A stretch of 64,000 nt of DNA from Lingula anatina. Its lineage: Eukaryota; Animalia; Brachiopoda. The notes below the pieces were generated by a model that was not told where the DNA came from, did no database searches, and saw nothing but the letters and a program-made list of their open reading frames with translations. The first letter of the stretch is position 1, and every line of letters starts with the position of its first letter. Location: contig CM120646.1 in the NCBI GenBank assembly GCA_051362555.1, positions 18,104,001-18,168,000 on the forward strand, read 5' to 3'. Positions 13,176 through 25,968 of this stretch are shown piece by piece. The position numbers were made by a program, and so were the translations under genes.

Positions 13176-15641
13176 GCGCCAAGCGTTTGGCAAGTTCCTT
13201 AGCCGCCGTTGTGCTCATTTTCTACTCTAACATGTATCAAAAGTAAAAAGTGACCTAGTATATCAAATGCATCTACTGTAATGGGTCAAATGCAAATAAA
13301 ACGAGGGTTCAGATTCTGTCTGTTTTGCAAAGTAAAGCTGAATTACTCTTAACAATAAAGGTATAAATTTTCTCATTTATATTAGACTTGCACTCAATAT
13401 ACCAAAACCAAACTTTAAAAAGGAATAATGAAAGCTGCATTGCTGTAACCAGGGTAGAGCCTCGTTTTTGTTTGTTTGTTTGTTTTTTTTTTTTTTTTTT
13501 CTGGTAAAACAACCACGGAAATTCCTACAAGGCACTCTCCATTATATGCCTTTTATTAACCGATTCGCCCACAGTCTTGGGGAAAATTTTGAATTAAGTT
13601 ATAGGGTTTCTATATGTGTTAATGTATAAAATACCATTTTGCTGATAAAAAACAACGAAAATCCCTTCGAAAGAAAATATTAAATGTAGGAGTCCATATT
13701 TCTCCTTGCAAAGGTTAGGGTATTTCCATACTCTCACTATTTTCGCTTTTAAGACCAACTATAGCTGTGCAAAGCGAAGAGACAGCAGGTAAGTTCCTGG
13801 GGATCGAACCCACGGCGCCATGCACAGTAGGCGAGCGCTCTGAGCCATCCGGACCAGTAGCATTTCTTGACATTCAGATATGATTCAGAGAATTCAGATA
13901 AAATAAAATTTCACAATAACTACATTAAATAGTGATGCACTTGAGTGCACTTTTTAAAACCACTTTAAATATCTCTGTTAATGATAACCAAGGGCCTGGT
14001 TTCATTGCCACTTTGTGCAGATTTGTCTTCGTTTCAATTCATAAATCAGTTGATGGCATTTAGTATCAACTTTTCAGTATAATTATTTACTAAAATCTTC
14101 GATTGTCCTAAGATTTGATGCCGGCTGCCGAGGTAGTCGTCAAATAAATGTGGAGATCATGGCAGATGTAAATTTAGGGCAGAAATACCATATTTCAAAG
14201 TACAGTTCATTCTGTGAAAACAGTACAGCTTAACAAAAATAATAATTACTTTGTTTTAAAATTATTTTTGTCGTAAGAAAAAAGGAATATATCAACAATG
14301 CACTGGTTACCTTCTATGTACAAAAATCAGAGATTAAGACAATTTCTTAAAATTCTTATCAGTATCGACTCCGTTCAGCTAGCGGAATATCCGATCGTGA
14401 AAACAATACGCTCAAGATGTTAAACCCACTATGACTTGCCTCTGGTTGTCTAGAGCATCCAACGCACGTCACGCACATCATCAAGACTCTCGACTCTTAA
14501 GTTTTTTTAAGGGGTTTGGACTTTATCATCTTCTCGCTATCCTTCATAAATGGAAATTTAGAAAATCGCTCTGCGTAAGGCGAAATGTAGCCAGGTTAAT
14601 ACAAGTATCACTTTACACAAGCGTATAATGGAGGCGTTAAACAATAACATTGGGAAAAAGACACTGGATGCGTTCTGCCAGCGCTGGAGGGGGGTAAAAA
14701 GATTTATATCTTGTCAGCAGTTGAACGGTCAAGTGCGCATATCTGTTTCCGATAATAAAACATCAGCTGGCCAAAGTTAATGGAGAGGACTTTGGCATCA
14801 AGGAGTGTTTTTTAAGGACACATAGATATCAAAATACACACAATGGAAAATAGAAGTGTCACCCCCTGAATCAGAGTAATCAAAGTAGGCAAATTCTGAG
14901 TAGTTTTAATGGCCTGGTCTACTTATAATGTGACTAATGAGTATAAAACCGCTGTACCATGGAATTGCTTTTTTTCAAAATTATTTTAAAATTATTTTTA
15001 AAATACACACAATGGAAAAAAGAAGTGTCACCCCCTGAATCAGAGTAATCAAAGTAGGCAAATTTTGAGTAGTTTTAATGCCTGGTCTACTTATAATGTG
15101 ACTAATGAGTATAATACCGCTGTACCATGGAATTGCTTTTTTTTTTTTTTTTTTTTTTTTTTTTTGTGTAATTTGATGTAAATAAAATTATAGCAGGAGC
15201 ATATCATTCCACAGTCATTTATCTCCCCCAAAGTATTGGTTCAGTAGGGGTGACACTTCTATTTTCCACTGTGTGTATGTCCGTATAATTTTTTGATAAT
15301 ATCCTAATGAAGTTTTTCAATAGCACGCGGTGTGTGAAAGCCAGGATAACCATTTTGCGTAATTACGGTATTTTATAAAAAAAAAAAAAAACATACGGAA
15401 GTGTACGCCTATATATCTTTTATCGTATCTCAATAAAATCAGTATTAAGGTCGACCATATTAAGATTACATACAGCACAAGGAGATTTCAGTTGAAATAG
15501 GTCACACATATGAATAGATAAATGAACAATAGAAAATATATTAATAAAATATAATTAAATAACATTCACTTCTGATTTTGGTGACGTTTCAGTCCTCATA
15601 TCATAGTATCACTCTCTGCCTTTCTGATTCAGCTCGGCAGC

Positions 15642-18426
15642 ATGGCACAACCCATGACTACGTTCCCGGAGGCCTATCCACAGCAGAACCCACACTATGG
15701 GTACGACCAAGGACCTCCTGCATACAATCCTGCACCGTCTGCACCTAAAACACAGGTGTGTAATGGGATATTCCTTGGGGCGATACGATTTTAAGCGCAT
15801 CTGTTCAGAAACTTTACCTTAAGTTATGAGTGACTGCGTAAAAGAAGGAGGGGTGTGGGGTGTGGGGGGGGGGGGGGGAGGTGACGCCTCATAAAACAGG
15901 ACTTTAAAGTACGTACATTTATTAAAACAGGTCATTTACGTATGATTATCACCTACACAATTTTGATAGAATAATTACTGAAAATCTATATATTTTAGCA
16001 TTGGTCTGTATGGATTTCATGAGCTTTTTTCGCCGTGTCCGTACAATTTTGATAAGTTTTTCAATAGCACGTGGTATGTGCATTGTGTCAGAAAGAGAAT
16101 TAAATAGGGAAGAAGTATATCTGACATCATTTGGTATGCTTTTTATAGTGAAAGCCAGGAAAAAAATATTGCGTAGTAAAGGTATTTGATAAAAACATAC
16201 GGAGAGAAGTACGCCTATTATATCTTTAATTCGTATCTCCATAAAATCAGTATTAAGGTCGACCATATTAAGATTACATACAGTACAAGTAGATTTCAGT
16301 TGAAATAGGTTTCAAGTTTACCTCAAACAAACAGGGTCCATGATGCCATGAAAATAACATTGTGCAAATTCTTCCTTTCTTCTCTTATATTGATTAATGC
16401 TACTGAACTTGATAATTGCGACCGTACGGCATCTACCGGTAGAACTGCAAAGTTATTAATTACAACTAACGATATACTACACGAACACACACGCGCACAC
16501 ATATGAATAGATAAATGAACAATAGAAGATTAAAGATATATTAATAAAAAATAATTAACTGCATGGCTTCTGATTTTAGTGACGTTTCAGTTCTCATATC
16601 ATAGTATCACTCTCTGGCTCTCTGTTTCAGCTCGGCAGCATGGCACAACCCATGACTACGTTCCCGGAGGCCTATCCACAGCAGAACCCACACTATGGGT
16701 ACGACCAAGGATCGCCTGCATACAATCCTGCACCGTCTGCACCTAAAACACAGGTGTGTAATGGGGTATTCCTTGGGGCGATACGATTTTAACCGCATCT
16801 GTTCAGAAACTTTACCTTAAGTTATGAGTGACTGCGTAAAAGAAGGAGGGGTGGGTGTGTGTGTGTGTGGGGGGGGGGGGGGAGGTGACGCCTCATAAAA
16901 CAGGACTTTAAAGTACGTACATTTATTAAAACAGGTCATTTACGTATGATTATCACCTACACAATTTTGATAGAATAATTACTGAAAATCTATATATTTT
17001 AGCATTGGTCTGTATGGATTTCATGAGCTTTTTTCGCCGTGTCCGTATAATTTTGATAAGTTTTTCAATAGCACGTGGTATGTGCATTGTGTCAGAAAGA
17101 GAATTAAATAGGGAAGAAGTATATCTGACATCATTTGGTATGCTTTTTATAGTGAAAGCCAGGAAAACAATATTGCGTAGTAAAGGTATTTGATAAAAAC
17201 ATACGGAGAGAAGTACGCCTATTATATCTTTAATTCGTATCTCCATAAAATCAGTATTAAGGTCGACCATATTAAGATTACATACAGTACAAGTAGATTT
17301 CAGTTGAAATAGGTTTCAAGTTTACCTCAAACAAACAGGGGCCATGATGCCATGAAAATAACATTGTGCAAATTCTTCCTTTCTTCTCTTATATTGATTA
17401 ATGCTACTGAACTTGATAATTGCGACCGTACGGCATCTACCGGTAGAACTGCAAAGTTATTAATTACAACTAACGATATACTACACGAACACACACGCGC
17501 ACACATATGAATAGATAAATGAACAATAGAAGATTAAAGATATATTAATAAAAAATAATTGACTGCATGGCTTCTGATTTTAGTGACGTTTCAGTTCTCA
17601 TATCATAGTATTACTCTCTGCCTTTCTGTTTCAGCGCGGCAGCATGGCACAACCCATGAGAACGTTCCCGGAGGCTTATCCACAGCAGAACCCACACTAT
17701 GGGTACGACCAAGGACCTCCTGCATACAATCCTGCACCGTCTGCACCTAAAACACAGGTGTGTTATGGGGTATTCCTTGGGGCGAGACGATTTTAAGCGC
17801 ATCTGTTCGGAAACCTAACCTAAAGTTTTGAGTTGTTACGTGAAAGAAAGAGGGGTGGGGGTGGGGGAAGGAGGTGGGGTGACGCCTGGATATAAGTGAC
17901 CATTTATTAAAACAGGTCACTTACGTATGATTGTCACTTACACGATTTTGATAGAATAATTACTGAAAATCTACATTTTTAGCATTGGTCTGTATGCATT
18001 TCGTGAGCTTTTTTACGCCATTATTTCGATTAGGTGGTCGTGAACCAGCCCGCTCCTGTGACAACCAATACTGTGTTCGTCAGACCTCGTGTCAAGCCGC
18101 CCAACTACATGGGGCTGTCCATCTCTGTGCTGGTGATGCTCAATCCGCTCTTTGGGACAATTGCTCTCATCTTTTCAAGTAATTTCTGCCTAAAATGTCA
18201 AAAAAAAAAAAAAGGAGGGAGAGAGAGAGAGAGAGAGGGAGGGAGAGAGAGTCAAAGTGATTTTTACTAATTGTTCACAGATATGCCTCTGGCTATTTCA
18301 TGGCATTTTTTTCTTCTTCTGTAAAGAGAGTTTTTATGCATGGAATTAGTTTCATTATTCTGCCCTCTAGTATAGGGCACTCTTTGATACTGTTTCTTTT
18401 TAAATGAAATTATAAGAAGCGGTATT

Positions 18427-18493
<67 letters not shown>

Positions 18494-18640
18494 AATTCGA
18501 CGCCCAAACACGAGTTGGTTTAATCTCAGGGAAATTCGTCTTATTTGGTGGACACCGCTGCGCGAAATGCACCTTGATTTTATGAAAAAAAAACTGTATT
18601 CAGCATAACAAATACTTAAACCATAAAATGCTGCTTTATC

Positions 18641-18675
<35 letters not shown>

Positions 18676-19015
18676 TCATTCAACGACAGTGAAATCGAAC
18701 TTCAAGATATGAAGATTTCAGTCATACACACCTATAATACCAGCCACAGAGATTCTCAGTAGAACGGACGTACGCACGTCTTTGAACTACACACATCATG
18801 ATACTAAGATACGTGAATTTCTTTCTTTCTCTTCAGTGTTATCGGACTGCGACTACGGCTCCGGAGATGTGGAGGGAGCCCGGAGCAAGGGAAAGATAGC
18901 CTTGTGGCTAAACATCGTTGGAATGGTGACAAGCATCATTGTGACAGTCGTGGCCATTGTTTGGTATTTCGTGGAAATAGGGGCAGTTTCCGATTCAATC
19001 TATGACGAAACCTAA
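15642..19015 (+). CDS. CD225/dispanin protein, array copy 3. Exons 15642-15755, 16631-16753, 17635-17757, 18034-18178, 18837-19015; putative non-coding first exon ends at 13169
   Basis: Three 123-nt phase-0 Pro-rich exons about 1.0 kb apart. Then VVVNQP...KPPNYMGLSISVLVMLNPLFGTIALIFS and MLSDCDYGSGDVEGARSKGKIALWLNIVG...YDET*. Confidence 0.9.
15950..17960 (+). repeat. About 1.0-kb tandem duplication that carries the Pro-rich exon in copy 3
   Basis: Period 998-1004 bp (exon starts 15633, 16631, 17635); intron sequence nearly identical between units. Confidence 0.9.
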
Positions 19016-20441
19016 CTATAAACGTATAGTTGCTTTGGCCAATGTCCACAGAAGATCTGTGCTTGAGGACTATTCTTTCCCTTTACGTAAAATGCCTTAA
19101 TTAATGGCAAACCACTGTTCAAAAAGTTTCATGCAAGATTTTGTGAGTAAGCTTCCTACATCATACTGGGTATATTGTTTATAATCAGTATTTTATTAGT
19201 ATTGACTATAAACAATGTACCTAGTAAGATGTTTATAATCAATATTTTATTAATATCGATTACAAGCAATGCAATTATGCATGTAGTATGATATTTATTA
19301 TCAATATTTTCTCAATAGCTTTTCTGTCATTCGTTCAGTGTTCAGAGTTCCCTACTCTGCGTGCGTGCTTATTATTATAATAATAATTATTATTTTTTGT
19401 TGAAATAAATTTAATTTTGCATTAACCCAAGGATTATAAAGAAATGATGAATTCTAATGAGGCTTTAAACTGAAATGTAGGTTACTTTGTGATTACCTTA
19501 CTACTTTGCAAAATTGATGAATTGAATGTGGTGAATTACTCAAAACTTACAAATGTTAAAACAATACATTTCGACATTTCCACCATTGTTCTTATCCACT
19601 CATTCTTTATACATAGTGAGGTGGGAATTAAATCAGGCTAAATATTACGGTGTTTGAACGAAGCATTTCTGGCTGTACATAGACAACTCTGGAAAATTGT
19701 TGAAAATGGTATCAAATGAAAGCGAAGACAACCGTAATGAACTCCTAATAACGTGAAGATGTGATTAGTGTACCCTTCTTTTCCATGATTAACATTCTGA
19801 ATATGAATAAATATATCTTTATATATATTTACACAATTGTCTTTTTTTACTTTATTTTTATGCAACTTGTGAAATTTGAGTCAAGCAATGTGATTACGGG
19901 TTTAAAAAATATTTAAAATAGTTCATAGAAACATATGTGATATTGTAAAAAAAACTGTTACATTTATCAAATAAATATGTAAATAAAATTTAATTGTTAT
20001 TGTTTTAATCTGTCTATACTCAGGCCTACCCAACTACCAGACTCGGCACCGAATGATCTTATAATTCACCGGTAGATCAGACTACTCTACCCGTTCTCAA
20101 GGTGTGTATCAGTACGCGCTTCAAAGTATCAGACGCGACACCGCTCTTGCCTACTACGCGATGTGACAGTGATGATTCTCAGCGGGGTTTGAAACTTCAA
20201 AGTATTGCATCACCACTCAAAATTTGTTCGGGGTATGATACTGTGAAATGCGTACTGACATTCTGTTACAGCTGTATGAGCCAATTCTGGATATCCGTCG
20301 TAAAATACAGCCCTCTTATCATCTTTCTCCGATGACCTAATGTCTTTTTGTATGGCCAAATCAAAACTAGAAAATGAGATATATTTGCATTGCTAACGTT
20401 TAATAGTATGTAGAGGTTAGAATTAAGGGCATCCTTGTATG

Positions 20442-20681
20442 TGTAATGTTAGTAATTGACAGCCACGAATGAACAAGGAGTAGGGAGTGTTAAGTAGTGT
20501 TACTTGACTTGATTGACATGACCTTGTTGTACTTAAGCGCAGAATGTTATGTAAACTGGAAAAACTTATAAATTGTAGATAGCGTAGTTAGAAAGTGATA
20601 ATAAAGGATATGAAGGAACATGGTAGTTGTTAAGTTCTTACCTTGCGTAACAAGTAAGTCAAAGTCAGTAACGTCGTCACA
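20442..20681 (+). mobile_element. Probable solo LTR (240 bp)
   Basis: TG...CA termini (TGTAATG / CGTCACA), 4-bp TSD TATG, internal TATAAA followed by AATAAA. Absent from the paralogous positions near 12280 and 28010. Confidence 0.6.
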
Positions 20682-21536
20682 TATGTTGTGCCCTCTTTGT
20701 ATTTTATTGGTTGTTATTATCAAAGTAATCCCTACAATGGAATGAAGTAAGTACATGATTAATTTATGTTTTATTAATTTCCTTTTTTTTTAAATTATCG
20801 ATTTATTCAATTTTACAAAATATTTATACATTGTACGACGTTCAATCATCAGCACGTGCTTTTACGTCACGTGCACTTAACGTCACGCATGGACGAAGCA
20901 GGTTGTTGTCCATGTATCGCGTATCCTTGACTTTTGTTTAATTATTCATTCATCAGTCCCTGGATAAGGGGCATATGCCAAAAGCTTCGTCGTTTTCATT
21001 CATATTTATGTTGATCTACACAGATAAATATTTAACTCAATCAATTGCTGGTTGACTAATTCGATTGTTCGTTGTCGATCTCACCGGACCAGTTTTGGAA
21101 CAAAGACTGCTTTTTATAATGTGTTGTTAAATTTCAGTCAATAAGACTGCTTTTTATAATTTGTTGTTAAATTTCAGTCCATCTTGCTTATTTTTCTCTA
21201 CCCCAACTTTCCTCCTAGATTTGCTTCTTAGTAAATCGCAATCATTTCGCACTGCCTTTAAACCGAGAGAGGTCGTCCGATTGTGGTTAACAATTTTATG
21301 TCCAACGAAATCTTATCAACACAAGGGGAACAGCTACCACATCTTGTTCCATGTGTTTTGATATCACTACGTAGTAAAGGAAGTAGATTATATGTCACCA
21401 TGACACATCTATAAATGTTGTGCAATATCTGAGTGCCGAAGAACGGCAATCTAGTCATTGTTCCTTGTTTATACATATACATGTATGTCTGCACTACATG
21501 TAATATAAAGAGTATTATACGTATATGGCAGACGCT

Positions 21537-21596
<60 letters not shown>

Positions 21597-21922
21597 GTAC
21601 ATACTATACAGTGACGGCAGTGGGAATGAGCCATTTAATCACTGTAACACAACGACCCAATAAATAGATATCGGATAAGTGGTGTTATAAAGGTCAAGTC
21701 GAATCATTTATCTGTGAAGACATTTTAAGCATGATAATGGTTATTATTTAGGTGCTACTTGTACGCTCGTGTTGAAACATATACATGTGAAGTGGAGGTT
21801 TTTGTGGGTTAAACAACAGCGACAGGATTACAAATTGATCACAAAATGTACTTTCTTTTATCCTAAAATAGTTTAAGTGACCCATTTCATTAAAGAAAAA
21901 AACAAAGTTTATTCAGAAGTTG

Positions 21923-22294
21923 TTCTGGGAAAACGGTATTTCAATTTTTTTTGATTAGTTTCACTTTCGGTCGACTTTACAGACGAAATCATGTTAAAAG
22001 TCTATTTTTATTACCCAAACCTCCATGAACAACCTTTTAAGGTGACATTGCATGAATGTGATTTTAAATATACAACCAGCCAGTGCTGTTTTCTTTTCGA
22101 AGATTAAATAACTTAGTTATCTTGAAAAGACGTTCCATGTATATAGTCGCTGTAAAAGGGGCGATGACGTAAAGGTCACGAGATCTACAGGGGTGTGGGA
22201 TCGGCAATCCTAAGATAACCAAAACAGCCTCGTCTCTCAGCTAAGGGTGCCGCTTCTATAGAACTCGTCAAGCAGTCGACTGTTACAGGTGAGT
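21923..22294 (+). promoter_or_regulatory. Paralogous promoter/exon-1 block of copy 4
   Basis: TTCTGGGAA 21923-21931; consensus ISRE core AGTTTCACTTTC 21957-21968; donor CAG|GTGAGT at 22288/22289. Confidence 0.55.
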
Positions 22295-24743
22295 ACGCCA
22301 AGCGTTTGGCAAGTTTCTTATTCTCATTTTCTACTCTAACATGTATCAAAAGTAAAAAGTGACCTAGTACATCTACTGTAATGGGTCAAATGCAAATAAA
22401 ACGAGGGTTCAGATTCTGTCTGTTTTGCAAAGTAAAGCTGAATTACTCTGAACAATAAAGGTATAAATTTTCTCATTTATATTAGACTTGCACTCAATAT
22501 ACCAAAACCAAACTTTAAAAAGGAATAATGAAAGCTGCATTGCTTAATAGGGTAGAGCCTCGCTTTTTGTTTGTTTTGCCATTTATTTTTTTCATTTTTT
22601 GGTAAAACAACCATTAGATTCCTACAGGGCATTCTGCTTTATATGACTTGTATTAACCGATTCGTCTACAGTCTTGAGAAAAATTTGAATTAAGTTATGG
22701 GGTTTGTAGAAACTTTGAAATGAGATGACCCAGTGATATGTATAGCTTTTAGACAATGTCAAGAGGACAGCTTAATTTACCGGTATACGAGAAAATATAA
22801 AAATACCTCTCCCCAATGTAGAACAGTTTCATTAGCTATGTTATTGCAATAGACTTGTGAAGATTCTTTTGTCTATATTTGCCTGGTCTTACCAGCCTGA
22901 TGAAGTCTGACTCCAAGTAGACGAAATATTGCCTTGTACGAGGCATAAAGAACGTGATTGGCGTAGAACGGAATATGTTTTAATGTACAAAATACCATTT
23001 TGCTGATAAAAACATCAAAAATCCCCTCGAAAGAAAAAAATGTAGGCGGCCATATTTCTCCTTGTAAAGGTTAGTGTATTTCCATACTCTGCTTCCATAC
23101 TCTCACCATTTTCGCTTTTAAGACCAACTATAGCTGTGCAAGGCGAGGAGATAGCAGGTAAGTCCCTGGGGTTCGAACCCACGGCGCCATGCAGTAGGCG
23201 AGCGCTGTACCATTTGAGCCATTCGGACCAGTAGCATCTCTTGACATTCAGATATGATTCAGAGAATTCAGATAAAATAAAGTATCACAATAACTACATT
23301 AAATAGTGATGCACTTGAGTGCACTTTTTAAAACCACTTTAAATATCTCTATTTATGATAACCAAGGGCCTGGTTTCATTGCCACTTGGCGCAGCTTTGT
23401 CTTCATTTCAATTCATAATCAATTGATGACATTTAGTCTCAACTTTTCAGTATAATGATTTACTAAAATTTTCGATTGTCCTGAGATTTGATGCCGAGGT
23501 AGTCGTCAAATTAATGTGGAGATCATGGCAGATGTAAATTTAGGGCAGAAATGCCATATTTCAAAGTACAGTTCAGTCTGTGAAAACAGTACAGCTTAAC
23601 AAAATAATAATTACTTTGTTTCAAAATTATTTTTGTCGTAAGAAAAAAGGAATATATCAACAATGCACGTGTTGCCTTCTAAGTACAAAAATCAGAGATA
23701 AAGACAATTTTTTAAATTCTTATCAGTATCGACAGACATTCGTTCAGAATGTGAAAACAATACGCCCAAGATGTAAAACTCACTATGACTTGCCTCTGCT
23801 TGTCTAGAGCGTCCAACGCACGCCACGAGCTTTACCAAGGCTCTCGACTTAGGTTTTTTAGGGGTTTGGCCTTACCATCTTTTCGCTATCCTTCATAAAT
23901 GGAATTTAAGAAAATTCGCTCTGCCTAAGGCGAAATATAACCAGGTAAATACAAGTATCACTTTACACAAACCTTTAATGAGACTATATCTTGTCAGCAG
24001 TTGAACGGTGAAGTTCGCATATCTGTTCCCGATAATAAAAATATCAGTTGACCAAAGTTAATGGAGAGGACTTTGGCATCAAGGGGTGTTTGTTTTAAGG
24101 ACCAGGAAGCGTACGTGTGACACAAAGATATCAAAATGTATCGTATAATTTTGATAATATCCTAATTTTGTCTTTCAATAGCATGCGGTATGTGAAAATT
24201 TCATAGGGAAGAAGTTTATCTGACATCATTTGGTATGATTTTTTTTATCGTAAGTGAAATCCAGGATAACCATATTGCGTAGTTACGGTATTTTGATAAA
24301 AACATACGTAGAAGTGTACGCCTATTATATCTTTAATTCGTATCTTCATAAAATCAGTATTTAGGTCGAGCAGGGTTAAGATTACATACGAGGAGATTTC
24401 AGTCGAAATAGGTCACAAGTTTACCTCAAACAAGCAGCGGCCATGATGTAATGAAAATAACATTGTTCAAATTCTTCCTTTGTTCTCTTATCTTTATTCT
24501 GTGACGAACTCAATTATAGCGACCGTGCGACATCTACCGGTAGAATATCAAAGTGTTTACAAGTGTGTTTACATCTATGATACTACACTTACACACGCGC
24601 GTGCACGCACATGAATAAATAAATAAACAATAAAATATATATATTGATAAAAAAATAATTAACTAACATTCGCTTCTGATTTTAGTGACGTTTCAGTCCT
24701 CATATCATAGTATCACTCTGTCTTTCTGTTTCAGCTCGGCAAC

Positions 24744-25300
24744 ATGGCACAACCCATGAGAACGTTCCCGGAGGCTTATCCACAGCAGAACCCACACTAT
24801 GGGTACGACCAAGGACCGCCTGCATACAATCCTGCACCGTCTGCACCTCAAACACAGGTGTGTAATGGGGTATTCCTTGGGGCGAGACGATTTTAAGCGC
24901 ATCTGTTCAGAAACTTAACCTAAAGTTTTGTGTGGTTGCGTGAAAGAAGGAGGGGGTGGGGGAGGGGGGGTGGCGCCTTGATACATGTATCAGGACTTTA
25001 AAGTACATTTATTAAAACACGTATGATTGTCACCTACACGATTTTGATAGAATAATTACTGAAAATCTACATTTTAGCATTGGTTTGTATGGATTTCATG
25101 AGCTTTTTTCGCCATTATTTCGATTAGGTGATCGTGAACCAGCCCGCTCCTGCGACAACCAATACTGTGTTCGTTACAACTCACGTCAAGCCGCCCAACT
25201 ACATTGCGCTGTCCATCTTTGTGCTGCTGTGTTGCAATTGCCCCTTGGGGATAATTGCTCTCGTCTTTTCAAGTAATTTCTGCCTAAAATGTCAAAAAAG

Positions 25301-25331
<31 letters not shown>

Positions 25332-25596
25332 TCGAAGTGATTTTTACTACATATTCACAGCTATCCCTCTGGCTAATTCATGGCGTTTTTCCTACTGTAC
25401 AGAGAGCATTTTTGCATGGAATTAATCTCATCATTCTGGCCTCTAGTATGGAGCGCTCTTTAATACTGTTTCTTTTAAAATTAAATTATAATAAGCAGTA
25501 TCTGTTCACACTAAAGTTCGCTTGAAATTTACATTTTTATACGAGAAAATGCGTCGCCCAAACACGAGATGATTTAATCTTAGGCAAATTGCACGC

Positions 25597-25627
<31 letters not shown>

Positions 25628-25968
25628 TTCAACAACAGTGAAATCGAACTTCAATTTATAAAGATATCAGTCATGCACGGTACACCCATAATAGCAGTCA
25701 CAGAGATTCTCTTTAGAAAATATACAGTCCGGTCCTTAAATTACACACAATATATACTAAGATACGTGAATTTCTTTCTTTCTCTTCAGTGTTATCGGAC
25801 AGCGACTACGGCGCCGGAGATGTGGAGGGAGCCCGGAGCAAGGGGAAGATAGCCATGGGGCTAAACATCGCTGGCATGGTGACAACTATCGTTGCGGTAG
25901 TCGTGGTCCTGATTTGGTATTTCGCGGTATTTGCAGTAGCTGTCAATGAAATCAATAACGAAACCTAA
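24744..25968 (+). CDS. CD225/dispanin protein, array copy 4. Exons 24744-24857, 25128-25272, 25790-25968; putative non-coding first exon ends at 22288
   Basis: MAQPMRTFPEAYPQQNPHYGYDQGPPAYNPAPSAPQTQ / VIVNQP...KPPNYIALSIFVLLCCNCPLGIIALVFS / MLSDSDYGAGDVEGARSKGKIAMGLNIAGMVTTIVAVVVVLIWYFAVFAVAVNEINNET*. Confidence 0.92.

Noticed and set aside
15949-17270. Duplicated 105-aa and 62-aa ORFs in copy 3
   Set aside because: They are intronic sequence repeated by the 1-kb tandem duplication, span the duplication junction and show no recognisable domain.
15633-17757. Exon triplication as a pure assembly artefact
   Set aside because: The three units differ by several substitutions (CCT/TCG, ACT/AGA, CTC/CGC) and by microsatellite length. 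Read-level confirmation is still advisable.
21258-21663. Poly-Lys / poly-Phe ORFs
   Set aside because: Translations of a ~55-nt poly-A tract.
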